NCBI GenBank assembly: GCA_964412165.1
Contig: CAYPMW010000002.1
Span: 1,324-65,323 of the forward strand
Source: an uncultured Gammaproteobacteria bacterium
GTDB lineage: Bacteria > Patescibacteriota > Microgenomatia > UBA10105
DNA length: 64,000 nt
Reading direction: 5' to 3'
In this document: piece after piece, positions 49,957 to 60,117 of the stretch
Numbering within the stretch: the stretch's first letter is position 1
Layout of the letters: each line of letters opens with the position of its first letter
Translations under genes and position numbers: made by a program
The notes under the pieces: model-generated
The model's input: the letters and a program-made list of their open reading frames with translations, nothing else
What the model was told of the DNA's origin: nothing
Databases searched by the model: none

Positions 49957-50159
49957 GTCTAAAATAACACATATATTTGATAACTACAACATATTCTATC
50001 TAAGAAACTGTTTAGAAATTATTTTAAAAAACTTCATAAGAGCCTATATTAGAATACACCCCATAGTTTATGAGAGCGTTCTTCAAACAAGTTCTAACTA
50101 TTTTCCTGCCCTGCAATACTGTCTTGACTACGAGCGCGGATGAAGATAACGGTTCGCTT

Positions 50160-53100
50160 TCATGGAGTAACGGTAACGTATGAAGCTGACACCCAACCAG
50201 TTTTTCCAGACGTATATTCAATTTTGTACCAGCCATCTTGCTCACCTTGTAAAGTAAATGTCTGACCAGGGCTCACCTGACCGACTTCGGGAGCTGATGT
50301 TGCTGGCTCACCTCTCACTCTCAAAAACCCAAGTTCTGTATCTTTAATCGTTAACGTTATTGTAGGACTTATAGACACGCTAGGAGATGCCGCAGGTGTT
50401 GCACTTGGACTTGGAGAGGAATCTACAACTGCTGCAGTTATACTTGGTTGTGGCGTAGGCGAGGCTTGCACGGTTGCTTGAGCAGTCGGAGATGGCGCTA
50501 CTGCTTCAAGTTTGGTATCAAGTAAAATCTGGAGTACCAATTGATTTTCGGTCAAGGCGAGTCCTACTTGGACGAGTTTCTTGGCATCATTTGACACGGA
50601 AGTCACTAATTTTCCGTCAGTTCCCAGGAAATAGCGCTTACCAACCTCAAGCCCTGATAATCCACTCACTTTTCCGGCAACAGCTATCTGTACTTGTCCA
50701 TTTTCCGCAGCAGCTTGAGTCACTAATCCCAATACTTGAGCTCGTGACTCATCAGTATTGCTAGCCTTTTTCACTACTCCACTGCTTGCAATATACACTG
50801 CCTCTCCTGCCTTAAGCGCTTCCCCAGCTGTTGTAGTAATTACCACTGCACCTCCCACCTCTAAGTTACCACCCACAGTTAGGTCTTGGGCAACCGAGAG
50901 ATTACCTTTAAATTCTGCCAATCCGGTGACTGTGAGGTTACCCTTGAACTCCGCTAACTCGGCAACTGCCAGAGTACTGGTATTTATGTTCTCCGGGAGG
51001 AGAATTGCTGGATTGACTGTAGAGGTTCCCAACACATCACCAGTGCCAGTAAGCGCAGCTAAAATTTCCTGTTGTTCTTCAACTCTCGGGTCATAATATG
51101 TAGCTTTGACAAAAAGCGTAATCGTGCCTTTGTCTCCCGAGAAGTTTTCCAGTGCCATTCCAGCAACTGGTCCGGCTTTGGTGGCTTTTATGGCATATCC
51201 AGCTGTTCCCGATGATGTCAAATAATCACCTCGGGAAATTGGGCCATTATCACCAGATACTTTCACTGGAACACGACCAACGAGCGTCACAGCGTGGTAA
51301 TCAGCTGATCGCTTGTAACCTAGTGCAGATTCTGCATCTTCAGCATATTTAGAGATAACACCGACGAGCTTATTATCGTATGCTTTTGCGGTTTTACCCA
51401 ACATAAATGGTGCAGTTGGATCATCAACAGGATTTAATTCATTAGTAAGAGAAACGAGATCGCCCGGTTCTGCACCTCGTGCTGGCATCCATTCTGCCAC
51501 GTCAACGAGTGCTCCAGTGCAAAGCCACGCAGCTCCTGCGGCTTCTTCTTCAGCACACAGTTTATTGTTCGTTGTGTCATACACAATTGCCGCAAATCCA
51601 GCAGGAGTGGACGGATCACCGGTTGGAGCGCCAGCTGTAGTACCCAAGAATAAGAAACTGGCAGTTTTACTGGTGGTAGTCACCGCATCTCCCTGCCACA
51701 AATTTCCATCAACTGAAAGTGTGCCATTGACACCTAATTTATCATCTACATAAAGATCATTGCCGCTAAAGGCAAAATCAGAAGAAGCTATATTTTCTGT
51801 GGTATTTCCATCAATACCAACTGAAAGGTTGTCATTTATTAAAACGTACGATCCGCCGGAGGACAAAGTGGTCCCAGAGGATGCAACTGAATCAAGATCA
51901 ATGGTAAATGTTTCATTATTAGTCCCACCTACTCCACTGAATGTCACGGAATCATCTGTGGCATTATTAATCGTTTCATCAAATTGTAGTGCTATATCGA
52001 CATCCCAGGCAGCGGTATTTTCAATTTCGATGGCTGTATCATTACCTCCTGCGGTTGAAGCCAGATCAATAAAGATACCTCGGGCGATATCGGTGGCAGC
52101 TGTACCTCCGGAAGTCAAAACGAGGTTCATCAGAGAATTAGTAATATCAGTCTGATCAGTGGTCGTCATCGTAATAGCTAGAGCATCAACGTTAGTCGTG
52201 GTAGGACTACCCGCGGCAATCAAGACTACGTCGGCTGTTGGAGCTGCGCCCTTGGCGATATTTAACGTGTCACCGGCATCGGTGGTGAAATTCACATCAC
52301 CGCCAGAAACTGTCAAATCACCATCGCTTAATGTCAAGTCACCAGTTGTTAAAGTCAGGGCAGCTGTACCATCACCAGTTCCTGTAATAGTAGTATTTCC
52401 ATCTTCGGCAATCAGGAATTGAGCAGTCCCCGCTGCGTCTTCAAAGAGCAGGAAGTCTGCTTCTGCATCAGCAGTGTCTGAGTATGTACCACGAATCAAA
52501 TAAGTTTGGACTGTGACGTCGGCCAGTGTGTGGTTCAAGTCAATAACAGATCCATTGGATGCTGCGGTGTCAATATTAATGATTGGTTGGTCGCTAGCTG
52601 CGGTGAGGTTAATATCCACGGTCGGAGCGGAAGCAGTATCATCTGCAATATCATCAATTACAAAAAGTGATGTTGAAGAACGATCTGCGTCCGAATCGAT
52701 GTACAAGACGTTACCTGTTGCTACCATGGCGTCGTTGTTTAAAAAGATGCCGTGACCAGTGGTTGCTCCGGTGAGAGCTATTTCTATCGTGTCACCTGAA
52801 GACGTACCGCTATCGGTGATTGAGATCAAATCCGTAGTCCGAGTCATTACACCAGAACTAACCACCATGGCTTGTGAACCAGTGGCTGTTGCTCCAAGTG
52901 CTATATTGATAGCGTCACCAGTGTCAGTAATGGCACCGAAGTTTAGATCGATAAGATTACCTGCAGAAGCTGTGGTTAAAGTCGTAATGTCAATGACGTT
53001 AGAACCAGCACCACCGGAGCGATTTATGTCCAACACATTTGCCAAATCGTCTAAATCACCTGTCGAGTTGATTTGGAAAATAGCCGCTGCGTCAGCGGCC

Positions 53101-55226
53101 GAACCGGTGGAAGCAGTCGTAATATCAATGATCGCATCGGTTCTCGCTCCTCCCGCATCTGCAACTACAAGTACTCCACCTCCAACGTTGGTCGATCCCA
53201 TAGAAACGTTCATGATGTCACCCGTTGAAAGTTGGGCTCCAAGAGCAATATCAATCATGTTGCCAGTCCACGCACCCGTTGTGTCAACTTCCATCAACCA
53301 ACCGGCTTCGTCAGAAACAGCCGCGTTGTTTACATCAAATATTTGCGTCGATGTCGCACCTGCTTCCAAAGTAATATCTGCAACATCACCATCAGCATCA
53401 CCCGTACCAGTGGTAAAGGAGATGAAATCACCTGAACTAGCAGTATTACCCGTATTATCAAAAGAAATAACATCAGAGGTATAAATACCTGAGGCGGCAA
53501 CATTTAATAACCATCCCGCCTGATCAGAGGCAGCTGCGTTCGTTACTACTATAGTTTGCGTATCCGTTGCTCCTGCCTCAATAGCGACCTTGAGTACATC
53601 TCCTGAAGCATCACCCGTGCCCGTGGCTACATCAATGATGTTACCTGTCCAGACGGCATTTCCCGTGTTGTCAATGGAAAGTACATGCCCTGAGTGGGCA
53701 GTGCTGGTGTCTATATCAATAATATTTCCCGTCGTCGTCCCGGTTGGATCCAAATCAATCAAACTCGCAGTGGTAATATTGGTCCCTGTTATATCAAGCG
53801 CATCGATATTCGTCGATGGAGTAATATCGACTGAATCAGAAGTTGTCGACGAACCACTACCACTGGTGAGCGTACCGGTTATGGTCACATTACCCGCAAT
53901 ATTTACATTTCCATCACTCTCAATATCACCAAGAACATAGAGTTCATCATCACCATCTGCAACACTTGGTGTACCACTATCACCGATTCTTACATACCCG
54001 GTGGCATTAATCGTCAGATTTCCATCAGATGTCAGGTCATCACCGTTCACAGCCACATCACCATCAACCGTCAAGCTATCACCAATGATGGCGTCATCTG
54101 AAAGATATAAATCTTCCCACTTATAACTTGAGGTACCTAGATTTCCAACGGCATTTTGCGCCGGATGCAGATCACCATTGGTGCCTGTAATAATTGATCC
54201 ATCACCTAGACCACCAGTCGTCCCTGATTTGGCAGTAGCTGTATTATAGGCAGTTAAAACTGATCCTTCTTCAAGCTGCACATCATCCAAATACACATTG
54301 CCAGTGGTAAGTCCAGTAATTTCAATCAAAGGAAACCAGTTATTAGAGTCAGTGATGAGACCTGTGGTGGTCGCCGTCATATTGATTCGAGACCACTCTT
54401 TGGTGTCTTTGAAGGTAAAATCTTTCATTGTTCCCCGCGTGTTATTTTTCTCATCCCAAAAACCCAATTTGAAAGTAATTGGGGGAGCATTGATGACTTT
54501 CACATAAGCAGAAAAGGCATAGGTGCGTCCTGGAGTAGTCTTAACATCAGGTTGAGAGATGCCAAAAAGTCCATCTCCACCACCTTTAAACTTCAGACTA
54601 TAACTTCCTGAACGAACAGCTTCATCAGAACGAAATGTATTGCTCGTAGTTGAACTCAACTGATAATTCCATTGTCGGGGTTTGCTACTACTTTCTACCT
54701 CAAATGAAGAATTACGCAGTAAATTGTCGCTCGTTGTATTTAGAGTAGAAAGTGGGGTGGGAGTGAAAGTGGAAAAATTGGTTTCCAGAACTGCTACTCG
54801 CTCACCTAGGTCGTTGAGTTCACTTGTTTCAGCTAACACTATTCCTTTCTTCTTTGGAAGTGGAGTGGGATCCACTATTCTCTGAGCGAGCGCTGCAGGC
54901 GTCGGACTGGCTACCGCGACAGCTTTTTTAGGAGGTGCTGGAGTGAGTGCCTTCGCCCAATTCCCCACCGATTTAGTCAGATTATTGAGGAAAGAACCAA
55001 TGCTATTAACTAAAGAATTAGTTGTGGCCATGATCCATTTACCCCCCTGTGCAAAGACCGAGGGCTGGGCAGCTTTTTGGGCAGCGGAAATTTGCTTGGT
55101 GACGGTAGACTTTTGACTTGGAGAATTAGTTGACGCTGCAATTACGGGAGAGGCAAATAAGAAGCTGACTATTAAACCAGCGCATAAAAAAAATATTCTA
55201 ATTTTCCGGGCAGATAAATTAGTCAC
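50160..55226 (-). CDS. Large surface protein (CBM-like, beta-solenoid-like, tail-chaperone-like, SH3b)
   Basis: Signal peptide; NLLRNSSFE..LDDVQLEEG; long D/T/G/A-rich repeats; DVAEW..GRVPVKV; LRVR..P..GWYKI..GWVS. Confidence 0.88.
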   Translation of the reverse strand: MTNLSARKIRIFFLCAGLIVSFLFASPVIAASTNSPSQKSTVTKQISAAQKAAQPSVFAQGGKWIMATTNSLVNSIGSFLNNLTKSVGNWAKALTPAPPKKAVAVASPTPAALAQRIVDPTPLPKKKGIVLAETSELNDLGERVAVLETNFSTFTPTPLSTLNTTSDNLLRNSSFEVESSSKPRQWNYQLSSTTSNTFRSDEAVRSGSYSLKFKGGGDGLFGISQPDVKTTPGRTYAFSAYVKVINAPPITFKLGFWDEKNNTRGTMKDFTFKDTKEWSRINMTATTTGLITDSNNWFPLIEITGLTTGNVYLDDVQLEEGSVLTAYNTATAKSGTTGGLGDGSIITGTNGDLHPAQNAVGNLGTSSYKWEDLYLSDDAIIGDSLTVDGDVAVNGDDLTSDGNLTINATGYVRIGDSGTPSVADGDDELYVLGDIESDGNVNIAGNVTITGTLTSGSGSSTTSDSVDITPSTNIDALDITGTNITTASLIDLDPTGTTTGNIIDIDTSTAHSGHVLSIDNTGNAVWTGNIIDVATGTGDASGDVLKVAIEAGATDTQTIVVTNAAASDQAGWLLNVAASGIYTSDVISFDNTGNTASSGDFISFTTGTGDADGDVADITLEAGATSTQIFDVNNAAVSDEAGWLMEVDTTGAWTGNMIDIALGAQLSTGDIMNVSMGSTNVGGGVLVVADAGGARTDAIIDITTASTGSAADAAAIFQINSTGDLDDLANVLDINRSGGAGSNVIDITTLTTASAGNLIDLNFGAITDTGDAINIALGATATGSQAMVVSSGVMTRTTDLISITDSGTSSGDTIEIALTGATTGHGIFLNNDAMVATGNVLYIDSDADRSSTSLFVIDDIADDTASAPTVDINLTAASDQPIINIDTAASNGSVIDLNHTLADVTVQTYLIRGTYSDTADAEADFLLFEDAAGTAQFLIAEDGNTTITGTGDGTAALTLTTGDLTLSDGDLTVSGGDVNFTTDAGDTLNIAKGAAPTADVVLIAAGSPTTTNVDALAITMTTTDQTDITNSLMNLVLTSGGTAATDIARGIFIDLASTAGGNDTAIEIENTAAWDVDIALQFDETINNATDDSVTFSGVGGTNNETFTIDLDSVASSGTTLSSGGSYVLINDNLSVGIDGNTTENIASSDFAFSGNDLYVDDKLGVNGTLSVDGNLWQGDAVTTTSKTASFLFLGTTAGAPTGDPSTPAGFAAIVYDTTNNKLCAEEEAAGAAWLCTGALVDVAEWMPARGAEPGDLVSLTNELNPVDDPTAPFMLGKTAKAYDNKLVGVISKYAEDAESALGYKRSADYHAVTLVGRVPVKVSGDNGPISRGDYLTSSGTAGYAIKATKAGPVAGMALENFSGDKGTITLFVKATYYDPRVEEQQEILAALTGTGDVLGTSTVNPAILLPENINTSTLAVAELAEFKGNLTVTGLAEFKGNLSVAQDLTVGGNLEVGGAVVITTTAGEALKAGEAVYIASSGVVKKASNTDESRAQVLGLVTQAAAENGQVQIAVAGKVSGLSGLEVGKRYFLGTDGKLVTSVSNDAKKLVQVGLALTENQLVLQILLDTKLEAVAPSPTAQATVQASPTPQPSITAAVVDSSPSPSATPAASPSVSISPTITLTIKDTELGFLRVRGEPATSAPEVGQVSPGQTFTLQGEQDGWYKIEYTSGKTGWVSASYVTVTP

Positions 55227-55304
55227 AATATTTAGTATTTGCTAAAAATAGTATTTTGTCAAGTATCTAACATTTAAAATAAAAACGAAATAGTCATTTA
55301 ACAT

Positions 55305-55401
55305 TATACCCTTCACACAATGAAATGTTCCGGGTATAACTCCTTCTAGACTGATTTAATCCCGATATTACATCGGGACAAATTACAGTAAGAAGGGTAT
55401 A
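55305..55401 (+). mobile_element. MITE-like element, copy 3
   Basis: Perfect TATACCCTTC/GAAGGGTATA termini; internal hairpin differs from copies 1 and 2. Confidence 0.8.
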
Positions 55402-55432
55402 CATCGATGATGTGGTTTTGCAAGAGTTTAAG

Positions 55433-55517
55433 TGCCAGGGCTAGGATTCGAACCTAGGTAGCCCGTTAAGGCGGCAGTTTTACAGACTGCTCCGATTGTC
55501 CGCTCCGGCACCCTGGC
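55433..55517 (-). tRNA. tRNA-Tyr(GTA)
   Basis: GCCAGGG/CCCTGGC acceptor; GCAGT-CTGTAAA-ACTGC; long variable arm; GGTTCGAATCC. Confidence 0.97.
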
Positions 55518-55738
55518 AAAATAAATGACTTTGGGATTGTCTTGACCGCTCTACCCTCCCAACGCTTCAGTATGATAGGAACTCCAACTAACTATGTTAT
55601 TGACCATAATAAAGCTTTTCGACCTCTTAGTATTGGATTTATATTGTAACAAATTTTTTGGACTTTGACTAGAAAAACAGCTTCAATTCGGATACTCACC
55701 TACCTTGGATTATCATAAAAGAGTACCTATAATAGATA

Positions 55739-57367
55739 TTGCCCATGACCAACATGCCCACAAAACCAGAAGCACTAGAAGACAAAAATGACGAATTAGA
55801 AAGGCTTCGCCAAACCGAAAAACCGACACTGCCTTCAGTCGTCCTCTTATCGGTTATCACGCTCGTGTATGCCTTTTTCAATCCAAATTTGCGTGAGTTT
55901 CAGATGCATCTTATTATTCTACTCATACTTCTCAATACACTCGTCGTATTTTTCCAAGTATTTATCGTCCCCTCCAAATATTACAGTCAGCTTTTAGGTA
56001 ATCTTGAGGCAGTGGTTTTATCACTCTTTGCAGTACTATTTATCAGCTGGACGGGTGGATTTAATTCGCCACTCATATTTTCTCTCTATCTCATCATGCT
56101 TTCAACTCCCATTAATGAAATCATTACTCCAGTCGCCATGGCCATCGTACAAGTATACTTTTTAATATTTGCTACGATCCTTATGCCGTCAATGTATGAA
56201 ACGCTCGTTACCGATCCAATTCGCGCTGTACTTATCATCCTTTCACCCGCAGGAATCGCGTATTTCACGGCCACCATGCTCTACGAAACACTTACCCAAA
56301 AACGAGAAAAGGAAAAGGCTAGACACTACGCGACACTTCTTATCGAAGAAAAAGTAAAACTGGAGACGGTAATTACCGGAATTGGGGATATGGTGATTGC
56401 GGCAGACACCAAAAATGTCATAGTACTTGTCAACAATGCTGCCCTTGATATTTTGGGATATAAAAAAGAGGAAATGATCGGCCACTCAATGACCAAATTT
56501 TTTTCTAATCTTGACCTAAATTCTATTCACCGAACCCAAGAATTTTCAGTTATCAAGCATAATAGTGAAGTAATGATCGTCAGAATTCGCTTTAACCCCT
56601 TAAAAGACTCAATCGGGCAGGAAATCGGTAAAGTGATGGTTCTTCATGACGTGAGCGCCGAAAAAGAATTCGAACGGATGAAACTTGATTTTGTTTCGAT
56701 GGCAGCGCATGAACTGAGAACCCCTTTGACATCAATCAAGGGATATCTATCGTTTCTTAAGGAATCAGCAACGCAAAAATTCTCCGCAGATGAAAGAATT
56801 TTTGTAGAACGTATTTCAATAAACACTAACTCTCTTTCGTCGTTGGTTGAGAATCTTTTGAATATCTCGCGGATCGAGAGGAGAAATCTTGATCTAAATT
56901 TACTCAGCATTAATATGGTAGAACTTATAAAGTTAGCCATTGATCAAATCAAGGATTTGGCAGCGGATAATAATATTCGGATTAATTTCAAGCCTCAACA
57001 AACGGTTGGAAACGTCTATGTTGATAAACTGCGAATTGGCGAAGTACTCAATAACTTACTTGATAACGCGATCAAATATTCATCTCGGGGTGGAACGATA
57101 ACCATTTCACTTTCGCAGTCAGAAAACGATGTCACCACACTCATCAGTGATACGGGTATTGGGATTCCTCAAGCATCGCTTAAACATCTGTTTACCAAAT
57201 TTTACCGGGTTTCTGGAGTACTTGAGCAAGGTGCTAAAGGAACTGGCTTAGGACTTTTTATCTGTAAATCAATTATTGAACTCCACAAAGGGAGAATCTG
57301 GGTAGAAAGCGAACTCGGCAAAGGTAGTTCGTTTTACTTCTCCTTACCACTTGCCAAACGTCACTAG
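55739..57367 (+). CDS. Membrane-bound PAS sensor histidine kinase (no adjacent regulator)
   Basis: N-terminal TMs, PAS, AHELRTPL, NAIKY, GTGLGL. Confidence 0.93.
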   Translation: MPMTNMPTKPEALEDKNDELERLRQTEKPTLPSVVLLSVITLVYAFFNPNLREFQMHLIILLILLNTLVVFFQVFIVPSKYYSQLLGNLEAVVLSLFAVLFISWTGGFNSPLIFSLYLIMLSTPINEIITPVAMAIVQVYFLIFATILMPSMYETLVTDPIRAVLIILSPAGIAYFTATMLYETLTQKREKEKARHYATLLIEEKVKLETVITGIGDMVIAADTKNVIVLVNNAALDILGYKKEEMIGHSMTKFFSNLDLNSIHRTQEFSVIKHNSEVMIVRIRFNPLKDSIGQEIGKVMVLHDVSAEKEFERMKLDFVSMAAHELRTPLTSIKGYLSFLKESATQKFSADERIFVERISINTNSLSSLVENLLNISRIERRNLDLNLLSINMVELIKLAIDQIKDLAADNNIRINFKPQQTVGNVYVDKLRIGEVLNNLLDNAIKYSSRGGTITISLSQSENDVTTLISDTGIGIPQASLKHLFTKFYRVSGVLEQGAKGTGLGLFICKSIIELHKGRIWVESELGKGSSFYFSLPLAKRH

Positions 57368-57430
57368 TCTCTTTGATAAACTTCTTTAAGCGTCGGAGGG
57401 GGTATTTTTCTTTGCTGAATCTATGGTACT

Positions 57431-58093
57431 ATGAAAATAGAAGCTATGTCAGAACCAATACCTTCAATCCCTGAAACGTATTATGGCTTTATTTATCATT
57501 ATTACCGTGCGGAGGTTTATCGAGAGACTAACTGGCGCAACCGCCTCGATGTCACCACCAACTGGTCGATTGTCACCACCGGGGCTATTCTTTCGTTTGC
57601 CTTTACCAATGAATCAGCGCCTCATGCATTAATTCTCATGAATTTCGTCATTGTCTGGTTTTTCCTCTATATCGAAGCAAGAAGATTCCGCTATTATAGT
57701 GTCCTCAAAGAACGGACGCGACTTATAGAAAATCATCTCCTTTCACCAATCATTAACGGTAGTCAAATTGATACCCACTCTTCGCTGGAGTGGGCCCACA
57801 CACTCTCAGAAAGTCTGACTTCACCTAAAGTTACCATGTCCCGACTCGATTCGATCGCTTGGAGATTCAGGCGTAATTATTCGGTGATATTTCTTCTCAT
57901 TCTCACCTCTTGGATAGCTAAGGTTACTTTTTTAGATAGTGAAACACAAACGCTATCCCAGTTTTTCATAAGTGCCAGATTGTGGTTTATTCCTGGAGAA
58001 GTTACCACATGGGTATTTTTTCTACTTCTCACTCTCACTTTTGTGCTAGGACTTTATATCCCTCAAGCTTCAAAAGAAGACGACCTGCCGTAA
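57431..58093 (+). CDS. DUF2270-like membrane protein
   Basis: HYYRAE...WRNRLDVTTNWS, IEARRFR. Confidence 0.85.
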   Translation: MKIEAMSEPIPSIPETYYGFIYHYYRAEVYRETNWRNRLDVTTNWSIVTTGAILSFAFTNESAPHALILMNFVIVWFFLYIEARRFRYYSVLKERTRLIENHLLSPIINGSQIDTHSSLEWAHTLSESLTSPKVTMSRLDSIAWRFRRNYSVIFLLILTSWIAKVTFLDSETQTLSQFFISARLWFIPGEVTTWVFFLLLTLTFVLGLYIPQASKEDDLP

Positions 58094-58167
58094 AGTTTTC
58101 CAGTATCCTCAGTTATCCGTGAAAATTCCTCTTGACATGCACGAAAACATATCAGATTATAGTATAG

Positions 58168-58947
58168 ATGATCTCGTTTATTATTCCTGTCTATAATAAA
58201 GGAAATATCATTTTTAAATCCCTCACCTCACTTATCCATCACCTCTCAAAAGCCCGGATAGAAGATTATGAAATTATAGTCGTCAATGACGGCTCAACTG
58301 ACAATTCTCTTGGAGAAGCAGTGCGATTTAAACGCTTTAACGGACATACGGAAAAAATAAAAATATACCATTATAACGCCAATATAGGCAAAGGATTTGC
58401 GCTAAGATTTGGATTCTATAAATCAGCAGGAAACCCGGTAATATTCCTCGATGGCGACACGGATATCAAAACTACCCAGATCATAAAAGGATTACGAGTG
58501 TTTTTTCAAAACCAGGCTGATATGGTCATAGGTTCTAAATATCATCCGCTGTCTCGGATTTTTTATCCTGTAGAGAGATATATTTATTCTGTTATTTTGA
58601 AACTTATCATCTACGTATTATTCAGGCTATCGGTATCGGATACGCAAGTAGGTCTTAAAATCTTCCGCCGCGAGGTATTAAACGAAATACTGCCCCGCTT
58701 AGTTATCAAACGCTTTGCTGCGGACCTTGAACTGCTCGTTGTGGCACACATGTTAGGATACCACCGTATTCACGAAATACCCGTTATTATTAAACAGTCA
58801 GTTTTGAGTCAAAGTACCATACGTATTCAAGCCGTTAGGGATTTTTGCCTGGATATTTTAGCTATTTTTTATAGAAAAAATTGGCTTAAGTACTACAATA
58901 CCGAGCAACCCACGTACAATCCACATCTTACCATCCAGACCGCATAA
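58168..58947 (+). CDS. GT2 glycosyltransferase (polyprenol-phosphate type)
   Basis: IIPVYN, VNDGSTD, GKGFAL, DTQVGLK. Confidence 0.93.
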   Translation: MISFIIPVYNKGNIIFKSLTSLIHHLSKARIEDYEIIVVNDGSTDNSLGEAVRFKRFNGHTEKIKIYHYNANIGKGFALRFGFYKSAGNPVIFLDGDTDIKTTQIIKGLRVFFQNQADMVIGSKYHPLSRIFYPVERYIYSVILKLIIYVLFRLSVSDTQVGLKIFRREVLNEILPRLVIKRFAADLELLVVAHMLGYHRIHEIPVIIKQSVLSQSTIRIQAVRDFCLDILAIFYRKNWLKYYNTEQPTYNPHLTIQTA

Positions 58948-58969
58948 TTCTTCTGATATACTATTCTCC

Positions 58970-60097
58970 ATGCGTTTCCTCATTTTCAACTGGAAAGATA
59001 TCAAACATCCATTTGCGGGAGGTGCTGAATTAGCCACTCATCAGATCGCCAAGCATCTCATCTCGTTCGGACATGGGGTTACCTTAATTTCTTCAGGATC
59101 TAGAGAACTTTCAAAAAGCGAAATCATTGATAAAGTAAGAATTTACCGCGTTGGAAATTCGTTTACTGTATATTTATGGGCAGTATTATTATATCTCACC
59201 AAATTACGCAGTAGTACCGATATCATTATAGATGAGTTTCACGGTATTCCTTTCTATACGATTTTTTTCGCGAAAAAACCTGTAGTGGGATATATTCACG
59301 AAGTAGCAGGACATATATGGGATTATGAGTTTGGTAGTTTTATATCCTGGCTCGGAAAGACGCTCGAACAAACAACGCTTCGGATATATAAAAAAACACC
59401 CATGCTAGTTGCCTCGCAGTCAACGCGAAAAGAACTTATGCAACTGGGGTATAAAAAAGAACAATTGCTACTTTTACAAAGTACTATTAATCCTCCTCCG
59501 AAGTTAGAAATAACCAAAAATCGTACTCCACTATTTGTCTATATTGGTAGACTCACTCCCATGAAACGAATTGAAATGCTCATAAAAGTATCTTCCATGC
59601 TCACCAAGCATTTTCCTACTCTAAAGGTTTTCATTGCTGGTCCTGCAAAACCCACATTTTTTGAGAGACTCAGTCGACTCATCGATCAGCATCAACTCTC
59701 CCACATTATCACTCTGAATGGCAAAATTACTGAAAGTCTTAAGTGGCATACACTTGCCAAGGCGTGGCTTTTCGTCCACCCATCAATCAAAGAAGGTTTT
59801 GGTCTCACCGTACTTGAGGCGGCGTACTACCACACTCCAACCGTGTGTTTTGACACACATGGGCTTCGCGGGATAGTCAAAAACGGATACAACGGAGCGG
59901 TGATAAAATCACACAGTCTTCAGGCTTTGTACGAAACACTCAAAAAATTATTACATCATCCGCAACTTTTCAATTATTACGCACAAAATGCTTACGAGAC
60001 AGCACTCCGAGCACCTGACTGGAAGAGCCAAACTAAAAAGCTCGAGGCTTTCATCTCTCGCAATTTAACCATGAAGGCAGTATCTCTTCCGAAATAG
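58970..60097 (+). CDS. GT4 glycosyltransferase
   Basis: HPFAGGAE, PSIKEGFGLTVLEA. Confidence 0.93.
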   Translation: MRFLIFNWKDIKHPFAGGAELATHQIAKHLISFGHGVTLISSGSRELSKSEIIDKVRIYRVGNSFTVYLWAVLLYLTKLRSSTDIIIDEFHGIPFYTIFFAKKPVVGYIHEVAGHIWDYEFGSFISWLGKTLEQTTLRIYKKTPMLVASQSTRKELMQLGYKKEQLLLLQSTINPPPKLEITKNRTPLFVYIGRLTPMKRIEMLIKVSSMLTKHFPTLKVFIAGPAKPTFFERLSRLIDQHQLSHIITLNGKITESLKWHTLAKAWLFVHPSIKEGFGLTVLEAAYYHTPTVCFDTHGLRGIVKNGYNGAVIKSHSLQALYETLKKLLHHPQLFNYYAQNAYETALRAPDWKSQTKKLEAFISRNLTMKAVSLPK

Positions 60098-60117
60098 ATT
60101 AAAAACTATACCAGTTT

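Noticed and set aside
50474-54885. Many plus-strand ORFs opposite the giant gene
   Set aside because: Antisense shadows caused by biased codon use.
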